DNA of 64,000 nucleotides from Chitinophagaceae bacterium (GCA_019638625.1 JAHBTK010000001.1:237434-301433), one strand, 5' to 3'; numbered from the stretch's first letter, positions 8,176 through 17,673 are shown. Made by a program: numbers and translations. The notes: generated from the sequence alone by a model not told the origin.

Positions 8176-9231
8176 ATGAAACGCTGTACGTTGATTTCCT
8201 TGCTGATGTTTTCAGTATTATTATCCGCTGCACAAAACCGGTATGATACTAGGTTTGAAAATGAAGACCCACCACAGGCAGATAGCCGGTTCGGTGAGGG
8301 AGGAACAGTGGTCATAAAAACCAAAGGATGGAAAGACACAGATGGTAATATAGACCCGAACAATAATAGTGTGAAGAGGTATTATTATGATAGGACGGGG
8401 GAATTACAGGAAATTGTGGAGATAAATTATTATGCTCACAATTATGATAGCACTGTGATAGCATTCTGTGACGGATCGGCGCTTTCGAGAGAAATATACA
8501 GGACGAATAACTGGGATCGGATACAAACATATGAGAGAATTCTTTATGGCCGTAATAGTAAGAAAGGACATAAACGTGAAGTGAACCTTAAAACCGGGGA
8601 TACGACATATTATAATTTGGATAAGCAGTGGCAATGGGTGAAAGTGGATCCCGTAACCGCCTCAGCGAATCTTAACCTTTTGAAGAATGTGGCCTGCTGC
8701 AAACCTTCGGAATTTGAGGTGGCCGCAAAGTACAGCTATCTTCATTCGGGGAACGGGTCAGGTGGGTTGTCCATGCCGCTTGGATTTAATATTTCCGCCA
8801 CTTACAGTATGAATCCCCGGACAGCCTGGAAAATAGACCTGAGCAGCCACTTCGCTAATGACGGCGACCGGAAATTTGACAGGCAGTTTATCCTGGGCGG
8901 GCTGCAATACAGCCTGCGGGATTGTGACAGGGATGCTGCTCCTTCCCTGTTCTCGCATGTGATGGTCGGGTATGGCAGGGACGGGTTCAGGTTTATGAGT
9001 ACCAAAAATTCAGGAGGTGGATTTGCAATAGCCGCAGGCGGTGGCATCAACCTGCCGTTTAACGATAAAATTTCTTTCCAGATCCAGTCAGATGCAAGAT
9101 CCGTTTTCCTGAATGGCGGCATGAACACTTTCTGGGCAATCGGGGTGGGACTGAAATGGGATGGCGGCTGCGGATTCAGATCCCCGTCCGGAAGCTATGA
9201 TTATTTCGCCTTTCCCCCATTGTCCTATTGA
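8176..9231 (+). CDS. Outer-membrane beta-barrel domain protein, paralog 3 (more divergent, with a C-terminal extension)
   Basis: The 351-aa ORF has a signal peptide (MKRCTLISLLMFSVLLSAAQ) and a YD-repeat-like motif (KRYYYDRTGELQEI). Its barrel-like C-terminal region includes FEVAAKYSYLH, GFAIAAGGGINL, SFQIQSDARSVF and WAIGVGLKW. Confidence 0.8.
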   Translation: MKRCTLISLLMFSVLLSAAQNRYDTRFENEDPPQADSRFGEGGTVVIKTKGWKDTDGNIDPNNNSVKRYYYDRTGELQEIVEINYYAHNYDSTVIAFCDGSALSREIYRTNNWDRIQTYERILYGRNSKKGHKREVNLKTGDTTYYNLDKQWQWVKVDPVTASANLNLLKNVACCKPSEFEVAAKYSYLHSGNGSGGLSMPLGFNISATYSMNPRTAWKIDLSSHFANDGDRKFDRQFILGGLQYSLRDCDRDAAPSLFSHVMVGYGRDGFRFMSTKNSGGGFAIAAGGGINLPFNDKISFQIQSDARSVFLNGGMNTFWAIGVGLKWDGGCGFRSPSGSYDYFAFPPLSY

Positions 9232-9324
9232 ATGAAAGCATATGGTTCGGGGCTTTAGATTCTCCGTGTCTCCTCGTGCCAATTGTTGCCGATCCCGGGG
9301 TCACTATAGGGTGCAGGCAATTCT

Positions 9325-10113
9325 CTAATCCAAAAATATTTCTCCGGTTAAATACAATTTTCCCTGCCCGCTGATTTCAATCCTGTCTTCTGTATGCTTA
9401 CATTGTAAATAGCCTTTGCGTTCTGAAAGCTGCATTGCCGTTAATTCGGTCTTGCCAAGCTCTTTTGCCCAATAGGGTGTTAAGGTAGTATGAGCCGAAC
9501 CTGTTACAGGATCTTCATTAATTCCAGACTGCGGAGCAAAAAACCTTGATACAAAATCCACGCTGCTTCCCCTGGCTGTAACAATAACCCCGCGGGCGTT
9601 TAATTTAGAAATCAGGTCAAACGCCGGGGTAATTTTTCTTATTTCATCTTCCGTGTCAAACACGAGCAGGTAGTCCGTTTTACCTTTAAAAGCCAATCTG
9701 GGTTTAATATCAAAGCAGTCAGTTATTTCGCCAGATAACTCTACTGGCTCAAATATGTCTTCGGGAAAATTCAATGTTAATAATTCGCCTTGCTTAATTA
9801 CCGTTAATATGCCGCTTCTGGGAGAATAAAAATGAACGATATTGCCCTGATGGTTTTCATGGTTAAATAAAACAAAAGCGGCCGCCAATGTCGCGTGTCC
9901 GCAGAGGTCCACTTCAACTGTCGGTGTAAACCACCGTATCTGATACCGGTTATTTTGCTTTACATAAAATGCGGTTTCGGAAAGATTGTTTTCCATTGCG
10001 ATTTTCTGCAAAATTTCATCACTCAACCATTGCTCAAGCGGGCAAACGGCCGCCGGGTTTCCTGAAAAAACGCTGTCAGTAAATGCGTCTATTTGATATA
10101 TTTTCTGTTTCAT
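9325..10113 (-). CDS. PhzF-family isomerase
   Basis: The 262-aa ORF begins MKQKIYQIDAFTDSVFSGNPAAVCPL and contains SETAFYV and DLCGHATLAAA. These are typical PhzF-family motifs. Confidence 0.9.
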   Translation of the reverse strand: MKQKIYQIDAFTDSVFSGNPAAVCPLEQWLSDEILQKIAMENNLSETAFYVKQNNRYQIRWFTPTVEVDLCGHATLAAAFVLFNHENHQGNIVHFYSPRSGILTVIKQGELLTLNFPEDIFEPVELSGEITDCFDIKPRLAFKGKTDYLLVFDTEDEIRKITPAFDLISKLNARGVIVTARGSSVDFVSRFFAPQSGINEDPVTGSAHTTLTPYWAKELGKTELTAMQLSERKGYLQCKHTEDRIEISGQGKLYLTGEIFLD

Positions 10114-10331
10114 TAATATCCTTGTTTATGCTACGTAAACTTTTGTGGTTATAAATTACTGATCGCGGCCGGGATTTACTCAGGCATTGATGCTATGCCG
10201 GTATTCCCCGTTCGATTTCGTTATTCAGATGGGTGTATTCTGCCGGTCCGGGATAAAAGCTGTTTAATACAACAGGCATCACCGGGGCGCTATAGCGAAT
10301 TATCTCAACCGGCGTCAGCGGCATACCCGGT

Positions 10332-10868
10332 TTAGTTTTTCCTTTTAAAAGTCAGTTGCACAAGTCCACTGTCGTAAGACTTACTTGTTTCAAATGTAAA
10401 CTTTGTTTCTTTTCCTTTTCCGTCAAATAATGGGATCCCCTGTCCTATAGTTATCGGAATGAGTGTCAGGATAATTTTGTCAATCAGGTCGTTGTTTAGC
10501 AACAGGGTATTTATTTGCCCGCCCCCAATTAGCCAAATGTCCTGCCCCTGCCCGTTTTTAAGTTGCCGGACAAATTCTGCAATGTCGCCCGATATGAATT
10601 TTACAAACCCGTTGTCCTGTTTGTCAGTTGAACGTGTGAATACATAGTTGGTTTTTTCCGGGTACGGAAAAGGTACATCAAAACCCAATATCATTTTGTA
10701 GGTGTTGTTGCCCATTAAAGTGGTGTCAATGCTTTTATAAAAGCCCTGGTAGCCATAGTCCTCATTAGGTAATTGGTACTCGGGATAGTCCAGCCAATCT
10801 ACATTTCCGTCTTGTCTTGCGATATAGCTGTCAAGACTTGCTGCTATATATAAAATCACATTTTTCAT
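10332..10868 (-). CDS. Dihydrofolate reductase-family protein (RibD C-terminal domain type)
   Basis: The 178-aa ORF begins MKNVILYIAASLDSYIARQDGNVDWL and contains IWLIGGGQINTLLL. This pattern is typical of the family. Confidence 0.85.
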   Translation of the reverse strand: MKNVILYIAASLDSYIARQDGNVDWLDYPEYQLPNEDYGYQGFYKSIDTTLMGNNTYKMILGFDVPFPYPEKTNYVFTRSTDKQDNGFVKFISGDIAEFVRQLKNGQGQDIWLIGGGQINTLLLNNDLIDKIILTLIPITIGQGIPLFDGKGKETKFTFETSKSYDSGLVQLTFKRKN

Positions 10869-11109
10869 TGTATAGTTGCCTTTTCTTTTTCGGTGTTGTC
10901 AGAGGAGATGCCCAGGGAACAGGTATTTGCGATGCGGTGGAAATAAAAATTCGTTAGCCGAATTTAGTATAAAAGTTTAATAGTAACGCTAAGCTCAAAT
11001 CATGTCCATCACCGGACATAACACCAGCCGGTAGTAGCTGTGGTTTTCTATTTGTCAAAGGTCAGGTCGTCCAACCAATGATACCAGCAGTGTTCCTGCC
11101 ATTTGCCAA

Positions 11110-11547
11110 TTATTTTATCCTGCAGGCACATTCGTAATGCTCGTTAATGTATTTTATTGATTCTATACAGAGTTCGTGTAAGGTTGAAATGTTGATGTCG
11201 GAAAGTTTTTTTATATAGATGCAGGCTTTACTCATTTTGAATTTACCGAGTTCGGACAAAAGTTCTTTACTTCTTTCTGTCGGAGAATACACGTATAGCG
11301 AAAACGCTGCCTTCCTTGGCGAAAAGCCAAGAATTGGAGCATCACCTTCGTGCCCGCTTGCATACTTGTAATGGTAGTTGCCGAACCCGATAATGGTCGG
11401 TCCCCACATTTTGGGTTCGGCGCCAGACCATTCCTGTATCAGTTCTATCAAACGAAAGCTGTCGGCTTTTTTCTGTTCGTTGTCAACGTATGAATTTACA
11501 AAATCCATTACGTCTTTCTCAGTGTACGTTGTCTTTGTTTTTGCCAT
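11110..11547 (-). CDS. DUF1801 (YdhG-like) domain protein
   Basis: The 145-aa ORF contains WGPTIIGFGNYHYKYASGHEGDAPILGFSPRKAAFSLYV, a typical DUF1801 core. Confidence 0.8.
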   Translation of the reverse strand: MAKTKTTYTEKDVMDFVNSYVDNEQKKADSFRLIELIQEWSGAEPKMWGPTIIGFGNYHYKYASGHEGDAPILGFSPRKAAFSLYVYSPTERSKELLSELGKFKMSKACIYIKKLSDINISTLHELCIESIKYINEHYECACRIK

Positions 11548-11898
11548 AAGCCAGGTCTTGATTACTGTCTTAAAATTTTTTCCATCTTTCCATCTTTCTG
11601 CCTTTCGCCCACCAACTTGTCTAAATATCTTATTTGCCCTGTTAACGGCTTTTCAATTTCTTCTATCCGGTAACCACAAATTACTCCAGTTATCAGTTTC
11701 ACCTTTTGGTTCAGGTTTGCTTAGACTCCCCGAAGCGCCTCCTTGTGTGTAGCGGAGGGTAGGAGGAAGTATTGATGTTTACTGGCATAGGTTGATCCTG
11801 GGGATAAGAAATGTTATCTTAAACAGGTATCTTCTCCTTTCATCTCAGAGTCCAGCCTACAGTAACTTGTGTTATCGATAAAGGGTCTATTTCTTTTC

Positions 11899-12972
11899 TT
11901 ACGTTCTTGATAAACTGATTAGTACGTTTGTGATATTCTCAGTTTCTCTGCGTGTAAATATAGGCGGAAAATACTTTATATAACTTAGGAGTTGGTTTAG
12001 CGTTAAGATTTTGACGTACTGAAATTCCTCTAGCGGCTTCTGATTTATTAAGACCAGGAGATTCTTTACTGCGATCTTTTTTTTACCCCAATGGTGTTGA
12101 TCAAGACCTAAACCTTCTGTTCTTTTGTTTAATACAGCAAAAACGGCAAAGCTACTTCTTTTAAGTTGCGATACTGGCGAACGCAGGCTTAAGTTATTCA
12201 AAGATTGTTCACTCCAGTTCTTAGTTTCAATCAAGAACACTCCAGACGGTGCTATTAGTAAGTGGTCGACCTGAATTGATTTAATATGATCATTTTCATT
12301 CCGGTTGTAGATTGGCGGACTAAAAGACAAACAAAAATCGTTAATCAAGACATATTCGTCGGGCAGCCTTTCTAGTTCTTTTACAACCCTCTGTTCGCCA
12401 ATCGCACCGTAGATCGAACTACTCACTTCATCAAGTAAAAATTTTTTTCTTTCCAATGTTCTCAGATCCTCAGAACAATTATCGGTTACTGCATCCTGAA
12501 ATTTTGATGTGATATATTTATATCTCTCCTCATTCTTTTGAAATAATTTCATAGATTGGTAAACTGATTGGAGAACCTTCGACGGCAAAGCCTGTTCCTG
12601 ACTGCGGATTTTATTTTTAAGAAAGGATGCTCTGAAATAACTAATGAACTTCCCCCAGGTATTCTTATGTTTCGAAGATGACAATATTTGCAATCGTGTC
12701 CTTAAATATTCGATTTGTTGCCGCAACTCGTTTTTTACCTTTTCCTTAGTTGATTCAATTGATTCCTTTAACTGCAGATTGTCCGAAATGAGATTGTTTT
12801 TCTCGTTTTCTATTGCAATCTCAGAATTTGAAATGATTTGTTGTCGTGAAGCTGCATAGCCTTTCAAAAAGGCAATTACTTCATTTAAAGATTTAAATTC
12901 AGTGATGTTATGTCGATTCAGGTGCGACTTCACGGTTGTTAAGCAGCCTACTGAATTGTAAACTTTGCACAT
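11899..12972 (-). CDS. NERD (nuclease-related domain) protein with an N-terminal coiled-coil region
   Basis: The 357-aa ORF has a C-terminal half reading GEQRVVKELERLPDEYVLINDFCLSF, then QVDHLLIAPSGVFLIETKNWS, which matches the NERD pattern. The N-terminal roughly 180 aa are heptad-like and rich in K, E and Q. The DNA here is AT-rich. Confidence 0.8.
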   Translation of the reverse strand: MCKVYNSVGCLTTVKSHLNRHNITEFKSLNEVIAFLKGYAASRQQIISNSEIAIENEKNNLISDNLQLKESIESTKEKVKNELRQQIEYLRTRLQILSSSKHKNTWGKFISYFRASFLKNKIRSQEQALPSKVLQSVYQSMKLFQKNEERYKYITSKFQDAVTDNCSEDLRTLERKKFLLDEVSSSIYGAIGEQRVVKELERLPDEYVLINDFCLSFSPPIYNRNENDHIKSIQVDHLLIAPSGVFLIETKNWSEQSLNNLSLRSPVSQLKRSSFAVFAVLNKRTEGLGLDQHHWGKKKIAVKNLLVLINQKPLEEFQYVKILTLNQLLSYIKYFPPIFTRRETENITNVLISLSRT

Positions 12973-13021
12973 TTGGATTGTTGATAAGTTTCAGATTACA
13001 TTTCGGGTCTTGGCGTTTGGG

Positions 13022-13047
13022 CGTGAAAGTTTCTGCGAACTTTCACG
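13022..13047. terminator. Perfect 10-bp hairpin between the radical SAM and NERD genes
   Basis: The hairpin is CGTGAAAGTT-tctgcg-AACTTTCACG. It is followed by TTT on the plus strand and has no U-tract on the coding (minus) strand, so its terminator function is uncertain. Confidence 0.4.
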
Positions 13048-13070
13048 TTTGAACGTCAGCACGCCTGATA

Positions 13071-14486
13071 CTAAATCCGTATTGGCTGTAGTTTTTCTTC
13101 TTCTGTTGTTATTATTTCTTTTTTGTCAATTTTCACTTTTGATAAAATGCTTTCCAAAACAGGTAGCATACCATTCAAGCTCTTTGTCTTTATTAGAAAA
13201 TTCCAAACAGATTCAAACTTTTTCCAACCGCCTGTATAGAAAAAATGTTTCAGTTTGTGTTTGTGAGATTCGTGATTGAAACTTGATTTAAAAATGTTCG
13301 ACCAACTATAAAACTCTTTGTATGCCCAATCGTATCCGATTTTCAACTCTTCGGCTGTTAGGTTTTTCGTTTGGTAAACTACGTTTCTTGTGTCGTATAA
13401 ATCCCAATTTCTTGTCAAGATACGATCTTGTTGTTCCATATCTTTAAAAAGCCTTGTGTTTGGATATGGTGTCAAAATGTGATAAGTTGAAGTTGTTATT
13501 GCGTTTTTCACGCCCCAATCAACTGTTCGCTTAAATACGTCTTTGTCGTCTTCGTCAAGCCCGAATACAAAGCTTCCATTTATCATTATACCTAGCCAAT
13601 GAAGTCTGTTTACAGCTTTGATATAATCTTTTTCTAAGTTCTGTTTTTTATTGCTTTGTCTGAGATTTGCAGGCGAAAAAGTTTCAAAGCCGACAAACAA
13701 ACTTCTTAATCCTGCTTCTGCGGCTTTTTCAATTAAGTTTCCACGTAAAATTGAATCAATGGTCGCAGCGCCTTGAAAAACTCTGTTCATTCCTTTCATA
13801 CCTTCAAAAAGTTCGCTGGCAAATTTTGCGTTACCTAACAAATGGTCGTCAAGAAAATACAAATGTCTGCCCGGAAGTCTTTCAATTTCTGCTAATGCGT
13901 CATCAACGACCTGCGTGTAAAACGACCGTCCACCTTCAAAAAAAGCGTCTTTGTAACAAAAGTCGCAATGGTGCGGACAACCTCTTGTAACAACGATTGA
14001 ATTTGGAACTAAATACCGATTCCTTTTTATCAAATCTCGTCTAATTGGTGGAATTTTTTCCAAAGTCCGAATACTTGAATTGTAAACTTTTTTCGGATTT
14101 CTATTTTTGAAGTCTTTCAAAAATTGAGGAAATGTTTCTTCGCCAACACCAATAAAAATTGTGTCAGCGTGAAGTGCTGCTTCGTCTGGTAAAGATGTTA
14201 CATGCAAACCGCCAAGTAAAACGTAAGCACCTTGTTTTCTGTAATGGTCTGCAATTTTGTATGCACGATACGCATTCGTGATGTAAACTTGAATTACAAC
14301 TAGGTCAGGTGTGTCGTTTAAATTTAGTTCTTCAACGTGTTGGTCTTGTAAGTCAATTTCATCGTCAGGCGACAAGTATGCAGCCAAAGTCGCAAGTCCT
14401 AATGGTGGGAATAACGAATATTTAATTGGTCGCCAGAACGGACTTTCAGCTTCCGAAAGAGCAGGCAAAATCATTTTTACTTTCAT
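13071..14486 (-). CDS. B12-binding-domain radical SAM protein (class B type)
   Basis: The 471-aa ORF has an N-terminal Rossmann-like, cobalamin-binding-type region (PPLGLATLAAYL, DLVVIQVYITNAYRAYKIADHYRKQGAYVLLGGLH). The radical SAM cluster motif is GCPHHCDFCY (CxxxCxxC). The gene is very AT-rich. Confidence 0.88.
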   Translation of the reverse strand: MKVKMILPALSEAESPFWRPIKYSLFPPLGLATLAAYLSPDDEIDLQDQHVEELNLNDTPDLVVIQVYITNAYRAYKIADHYRKQGAYVLLGGLHVTSLPDEAALHADTIFIGVGEETFPQFLKDFKNRNPKKVYNSSIRTLEKIPPIRRDLIKRNRYLVPNSIVVTRGCPHHCDFCYKDAFFEGGRSFYTQVVDDALAEIERLPGRHLYFLDDHLLGNAKFASELFEGMKGMNRVFQGAATIDSILRGNLIEKAAEAGLRSLFVGFETFSPANLRQSNKKQNLEKDYIKAVNRLHWLGIMINGSFVFGLDEDDKDVFKRTVDWGVKNAITTSTYHILTPYPNTRLFKDMEQQDRILTRNWDLYDTRNVVYQTKNLTAEELKIGYDWAYKEFYSWSNIFKSSFNHESHKHKLKHFFYTGGWKKFESVWNFLIKTKSLNGMLPVLESILSKVKIDKKEIITTEEEKLQPIRI

Positions 14487-14579
14487 ACTTACTTTAAACT
14501 GCTTTTTTGGAAAATTATTTGCCTGACTCGTGTTTTTCAGAAAATATTCATTAGAATAGAGAAATGATAATTGTCGAAA

Positions 14580-14978
14580 TTTTTGCCTCTGGTCGGTGTT
14601 ATCACCGACCAGCAGGTGTTTGTTTTATATATGCTCCGCATAATGTGTTATAAAGCCCCAATCATCTTCATTCAACTCGTAATATTTTGCCGACGAATAT
14701 TTATAGTCCGCAGCAAATTCGCACAACCGGCTTTAAATGCATATAGTCCAACTTTTGTTCCGCCGTTTTGCGATTGTACATGGTATCCTTGTAAGGTCGT
14801 CTTTCCCAAAGGGCACACGAGCGGTCTTGCTGAGTGCTTACATAATTTTCAAGCGCTTGTTCATTGCCGCTATCGATCAGATTAAACTTCATCTGTTTAT
14901 GTCTATCCATAAGCAAAACAATTGCTCGAAATTAAGACTATACGCGGTTTGGTGACAACACCGACCACAGGCACAAAT
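14580..14978 (-). mobile_element. E2: internally deleted, non-autonomous copy of the RAYT/IS200-like element (about 399 bp)
   Basis: The ends match E1 and E3: TTTTTGCCTCTGGTCGGTGTTATCACCGACCAGCAGG on the left and GGTTTGGTGACAACACCGACCACAGGCACAAAT on the right. The track ORF 14701..14916(-) retains only MDRHKQMKFNLIDSGNEQ...DRSCALWERRPYK...QKLDYMHLKPV and lacks the HUH region. Confidence 0.8.
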
Positions 14979-15024
14979 GAGTCCGGTGACCATCTCGCAG
15001 CAATAACATAACGCCGGAGTTATA

Positions 15025-15972
15025 TCAATCAGGGTTATTCCATTTTACATACACATTTGCCACAGAAATATGTGCCTCTGTTCTTAGCATGTTGACAAAT
15101 TCCTCATCCGGCATATCCTCCTGGTGCTTCTTCAATGCCAACCATAATTTATTCATAGCTTCGATGCCGCCATCGTCATAAATTTCGCCTGCGGCTTTAT
15201 GCCACCGGCATTGATACCATCCGTAATTGTTAGGATGTTGCTGGCCGATGAGGTTGTAATTTAATTCAAGTTCCTGTAATGTAGTATATTTCAAATCGCT
15301 CCTATTCGTTGAAGATACCACCATTTGCGGAAAAACGGTTAATGCCGAAAGTAATTCAGGCTCCATTTCGGCTATATAGGTATGAAGAAGGATGTTGCAA
15401 AACAACTCGCCCATCCACAATCGCTGCATCGTAAGACCTCCTTGAATATGAAAGGCGTGTCCCAATTCATGAATAGCCAACAAGTCGAAAAAGCCACGCA
15501 TGGTCAACGAACCATCTACATCTGTGTATATCCCTGAAATCTTCTGAGCAAGCTCTACCGGCAATTGGTCTAATGGAGGAATGAAACTTTTCCAAAAGTC
15601 GTTATCTTCAGAAGCGACAATAAGTGTTTGAGCAGATGTATAATGAGCCATTCCGTACACAGGAAAACGCGTGTACGTACTCCAATCATCAGGTGACAAA
15701 ACCAATAAAGTAACCGTCGGCTCAAAATCTAAAAGTGGTTTGTAAAATGACATCACCCTATCCAGGCGATTAGCCATTATTTTTGCCTGCTCCATTGAAC
15801 CTGTGCTAAAATAGGTATCAGCCTTATAGCCTTCCAGGTGATTAAGGTTTTCCAACGATTGGGAAAATACACTTGTTGCCGACATGAATAGCAAAACACA
15901 TAATCCTGAAATCTGTGGAAATGGTCCTTTACAACTTGCAGTTAGTTTCATAATATAGGTTGTCTTTTTCAT
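15025..15972 (-). CDS. Putative secreted zinc metallopeptidase-like protein (HExxH motif)
   Basis: The 315-aa ORF has a hydrophobic N-terminus (LCVLLFMSATSVFSQ). Its only recognisable signature is LLAIHELGHAFH (HExxH). I do not recognise the family. Confidence 0.6.
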   Translation of the reverse strand: MKKTTYIMKLTASCKGPFPQISGLCVLLFMSATSVFSQSLENLNHLEGYKADTYFSTGSMEQAKIMANRLDRVMSFYKPLLDFEPTVTLLVLSPDDWSTYTRFPVYGMAHYTSAQTLIVASEDNDFWKSFIPPLDQLPVELAQKISGIYTDVDGSLTMRGFFDLLAIHELGHAFHIQGGLTMQRLWMGELFCNILLHTYIAEMEPELLSALTVFPQMVVSSTNRSDLKYTTLQELELNYNLIGQQHPNNYGWYQCRWHKAAGEIYDDGGIEAMNKLWLALKKHQEDMPDEEFVNMLRTEAHISVANVYVKWNNPD

Positions 15973-16202
15973 CTGTTTAAATTTTTCTTTGGTATTTTTG
16001 CTACGAGTTAAATGAATTAATCATGCTCGTGTGTATCAAAAATATCGCCGTCATGCATAATAGCAACTATAAACTTAGTTCTTATTGACCAAGACAAAAA
16101 AAGTGGCACTAAAATGGACGGGTTTCTTTTTTGAGAGTTGTTGTGATTTTTCAACAAAGGTATGACGGGTCGATCCCGTTTGCATAGTACAAAATAGACA
16201 AC

Positions 16203-17072
16203 TTAATAGTACAGGTCTTTTTGCATCCTTAGGGGTGTGGAAAGAAGCTGTTGTTCAATAACAGAGGGGTTAACTCCGGCAAAGACTTTAAAATCCCGGA
16301 TCATGTGCATCTGATCGTAGTACCCTGCTTCGTATGCAATCTCTGACCAACTGAGTTGCGGGCATGCTTCATGCAATCTGTACGCTTTTGAGAATCTAAG
16401 TATGCGTGCATACACTTTGGGATTCATGCCTATTCTTTCCAGGCACTTTCTTTCAAATTGTTTGACGCTCAGGTAAGAAAGAGAAGCGGTCTTTTGTATA
16501 GTCATGTTGCCGTTAGTGTTCCATAGCATGCGCATGGCATGGTCTATCGGCAATATTTCCCTGAGGCCGGCCACTTTTTCTAACAGAAATTTTTCAACGA
16601 TATTTTTACCCTCCTCCAGGCTGGATATGTCCTGTAATTGCCCGTTGATGCTTTTCATTTCAGCGCCAAAGAAATCCACCGCATCAAAGCCTTCATCATA
16701 CAATTCATTCATCGGAATACCCAGCATCCGGTACATGCCGCCTGGCAGAAAATCTACGCGTATGGCGCTTAGCTGATCATATACTTTAATATTTATCCGT
16801 GAATACTGCGGACCGATCAAAACACTAAGCGGCTGCTTCTCGAATTCTTCGGTCTCCTGGCGACGCATAAATATGGGATTATTGCAGTAGAAAATCAATG
16901 ATTGAAAAGGAGTAGGAGGATAAGGCGTTGCCACCTCTGTAGTTTCTTCCGGTAGTACAGCATTCACCGATGAAATATTTAAAACATATTCCTGTAAAGC
17001 CGGGTGCGGTATGTATATTTTTACTTCCAATTTTAAGTCAGTATGGATATTGCCAACACAATATAGAACCAC
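16203..17072 (-). CDS. AraC-family transcriptional regulator
   Basis: The 289-aa ORF ends in an AraC-type double HTH (SLSYLSVKQFERKCLERIGMNPKVYARILRFSKAYRL and SEIAYEAGYYDQMHMIRDFKVFAGVNP). The track start at 17072 is a GTG. A TTG at 17030 (LEVKIYIPHP) is an alternative start that would avoid overlap with the upstream gene. Confidence 0.88.
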   Translation of the reverse strand: MVLYCVGNIHTDLKLEVKIYIPHPALQEYVLNISSVNAVLPEETTEVATPYPPTPFQSLIFYCNNPIFMRRQETEEFEKQPLSVLIGPQYSRINIKVYDQLSAIRVDFLPGGMYRMLGIPMNELYDEGFDAVDFFGAEMKSINGQLQDISSLEEGKNIVEKFLLEKVAGLREILPIDHAMRMLWNTNGNMTIQKTASLSYLSVKQFERKCLERIGMNPKVYARILRFSKAYRLHEACPQLSWSEIAYEAGYYDQMHMIRDFKVFAGVNPSVIEQQLLSTPLRMQKDLYY

Positions 17073-17662
17073 ATAAACCCTAACCAGCTGATTTTATGTA
17101 TTTTCTTCAAAGTCATCCAGTCGTATACCAATAAGGAAACAAACAATCCGTTCCAGACGAGAAGGATGAAAGCAGCTGCATAGTTAAAATTTTCAATGCC
17201 GATGTGTCCCGAAACCCGGCTTAATATGGGTTCGAGAATTAAAAGGGAAGCCAAATAGATAAGCCGTTTGTGTTTGGTTGCTTCTCGTCTGTGTAGATAG
17301 CCAAGCACTACAAAAACGGCAAAGCTCAGCATAAAGAAGCGATTGGCTTTTACGTAAAATGCCATAGCATCCCAGCTTTCAAAAATCGCAATAAATACAT
17401 ACACAGTACTTAGAAATACTCCGATGGCTGTTACCATTCCGGCAATTCCCCATTTCATATGGGTTTTGTAGTCTCCTTTCCGTATAAAATTGGTCTGGAC
17501 GACAAAAATTATGAACCACGCAAACATAAACAGTCCATGAATGATGAATTTCGGGTCGCTGTTGCTTTCCTGCCCTAGGTCCCAGATCAGATTATCAGAA
17601 AAACCGAAAATTGACAACAGTAGCAGAAGGAGACTGGCGATAAAGAAGTAATTTTTTTTCAT
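17033..17662 (-). CDS. Multi-pass membrane protein (paralog of 17674..18447)
   Basis: I chose the internal ATG at 17662 (MKKNYFFIASLLLLLLSIFGF), which lies 11 nt after the upstream gene's stop. The protein has about six hydrophobic helices. It shares the pattern IIHG..M..W......Q...I.K....H...G with its neighbour. Confidence 0.7.
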   Translation of the reverse strand: MKKNYFFIASLLLLLLSIFGFSDNLIWDLGQESNSDPKFIIHGLFMFAWFIIFVVQTNFIRKGDYKTHMKWGIAGMVTAIGVFLSTVYVFIAIFESWDAMAFYVKANRFFMLSFAVFVVLGYLHRREATKHKRLIYLASLLILEPILSRVSGHIGIENFNYAAAFILLVWNGLFVSLLVYDWMTLKKIHKISWLGFMWFYIVLAISILT

Positions 17663-17673
17663 TTTGTTATGGA

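Noticed and set aside
10160-10320. A 42-codon minus-strand ORF (MPLTPVEIIRYSAPVMPVVLNSFYPGPAEYTHLNNEIERGIPA) between the PhzF and DHFR-like genes.
   Set aside because: - It is too short, with no recognisable motif and no supporting signals.
- It could be a gene remnant, which I cannot show from the sequence alone.
10890-10902. TCGGTGTTGTCAG, matching the E-element hairpin over 12 nt (TCGGTGTTGTCA), as a solo transposon end upstream of the DHFR-like gene.
   Set aside because: - A 12-nt match is within random expectation for a 64-kb window.
- The complementary hairpin arm and the flanking tag are both absent.
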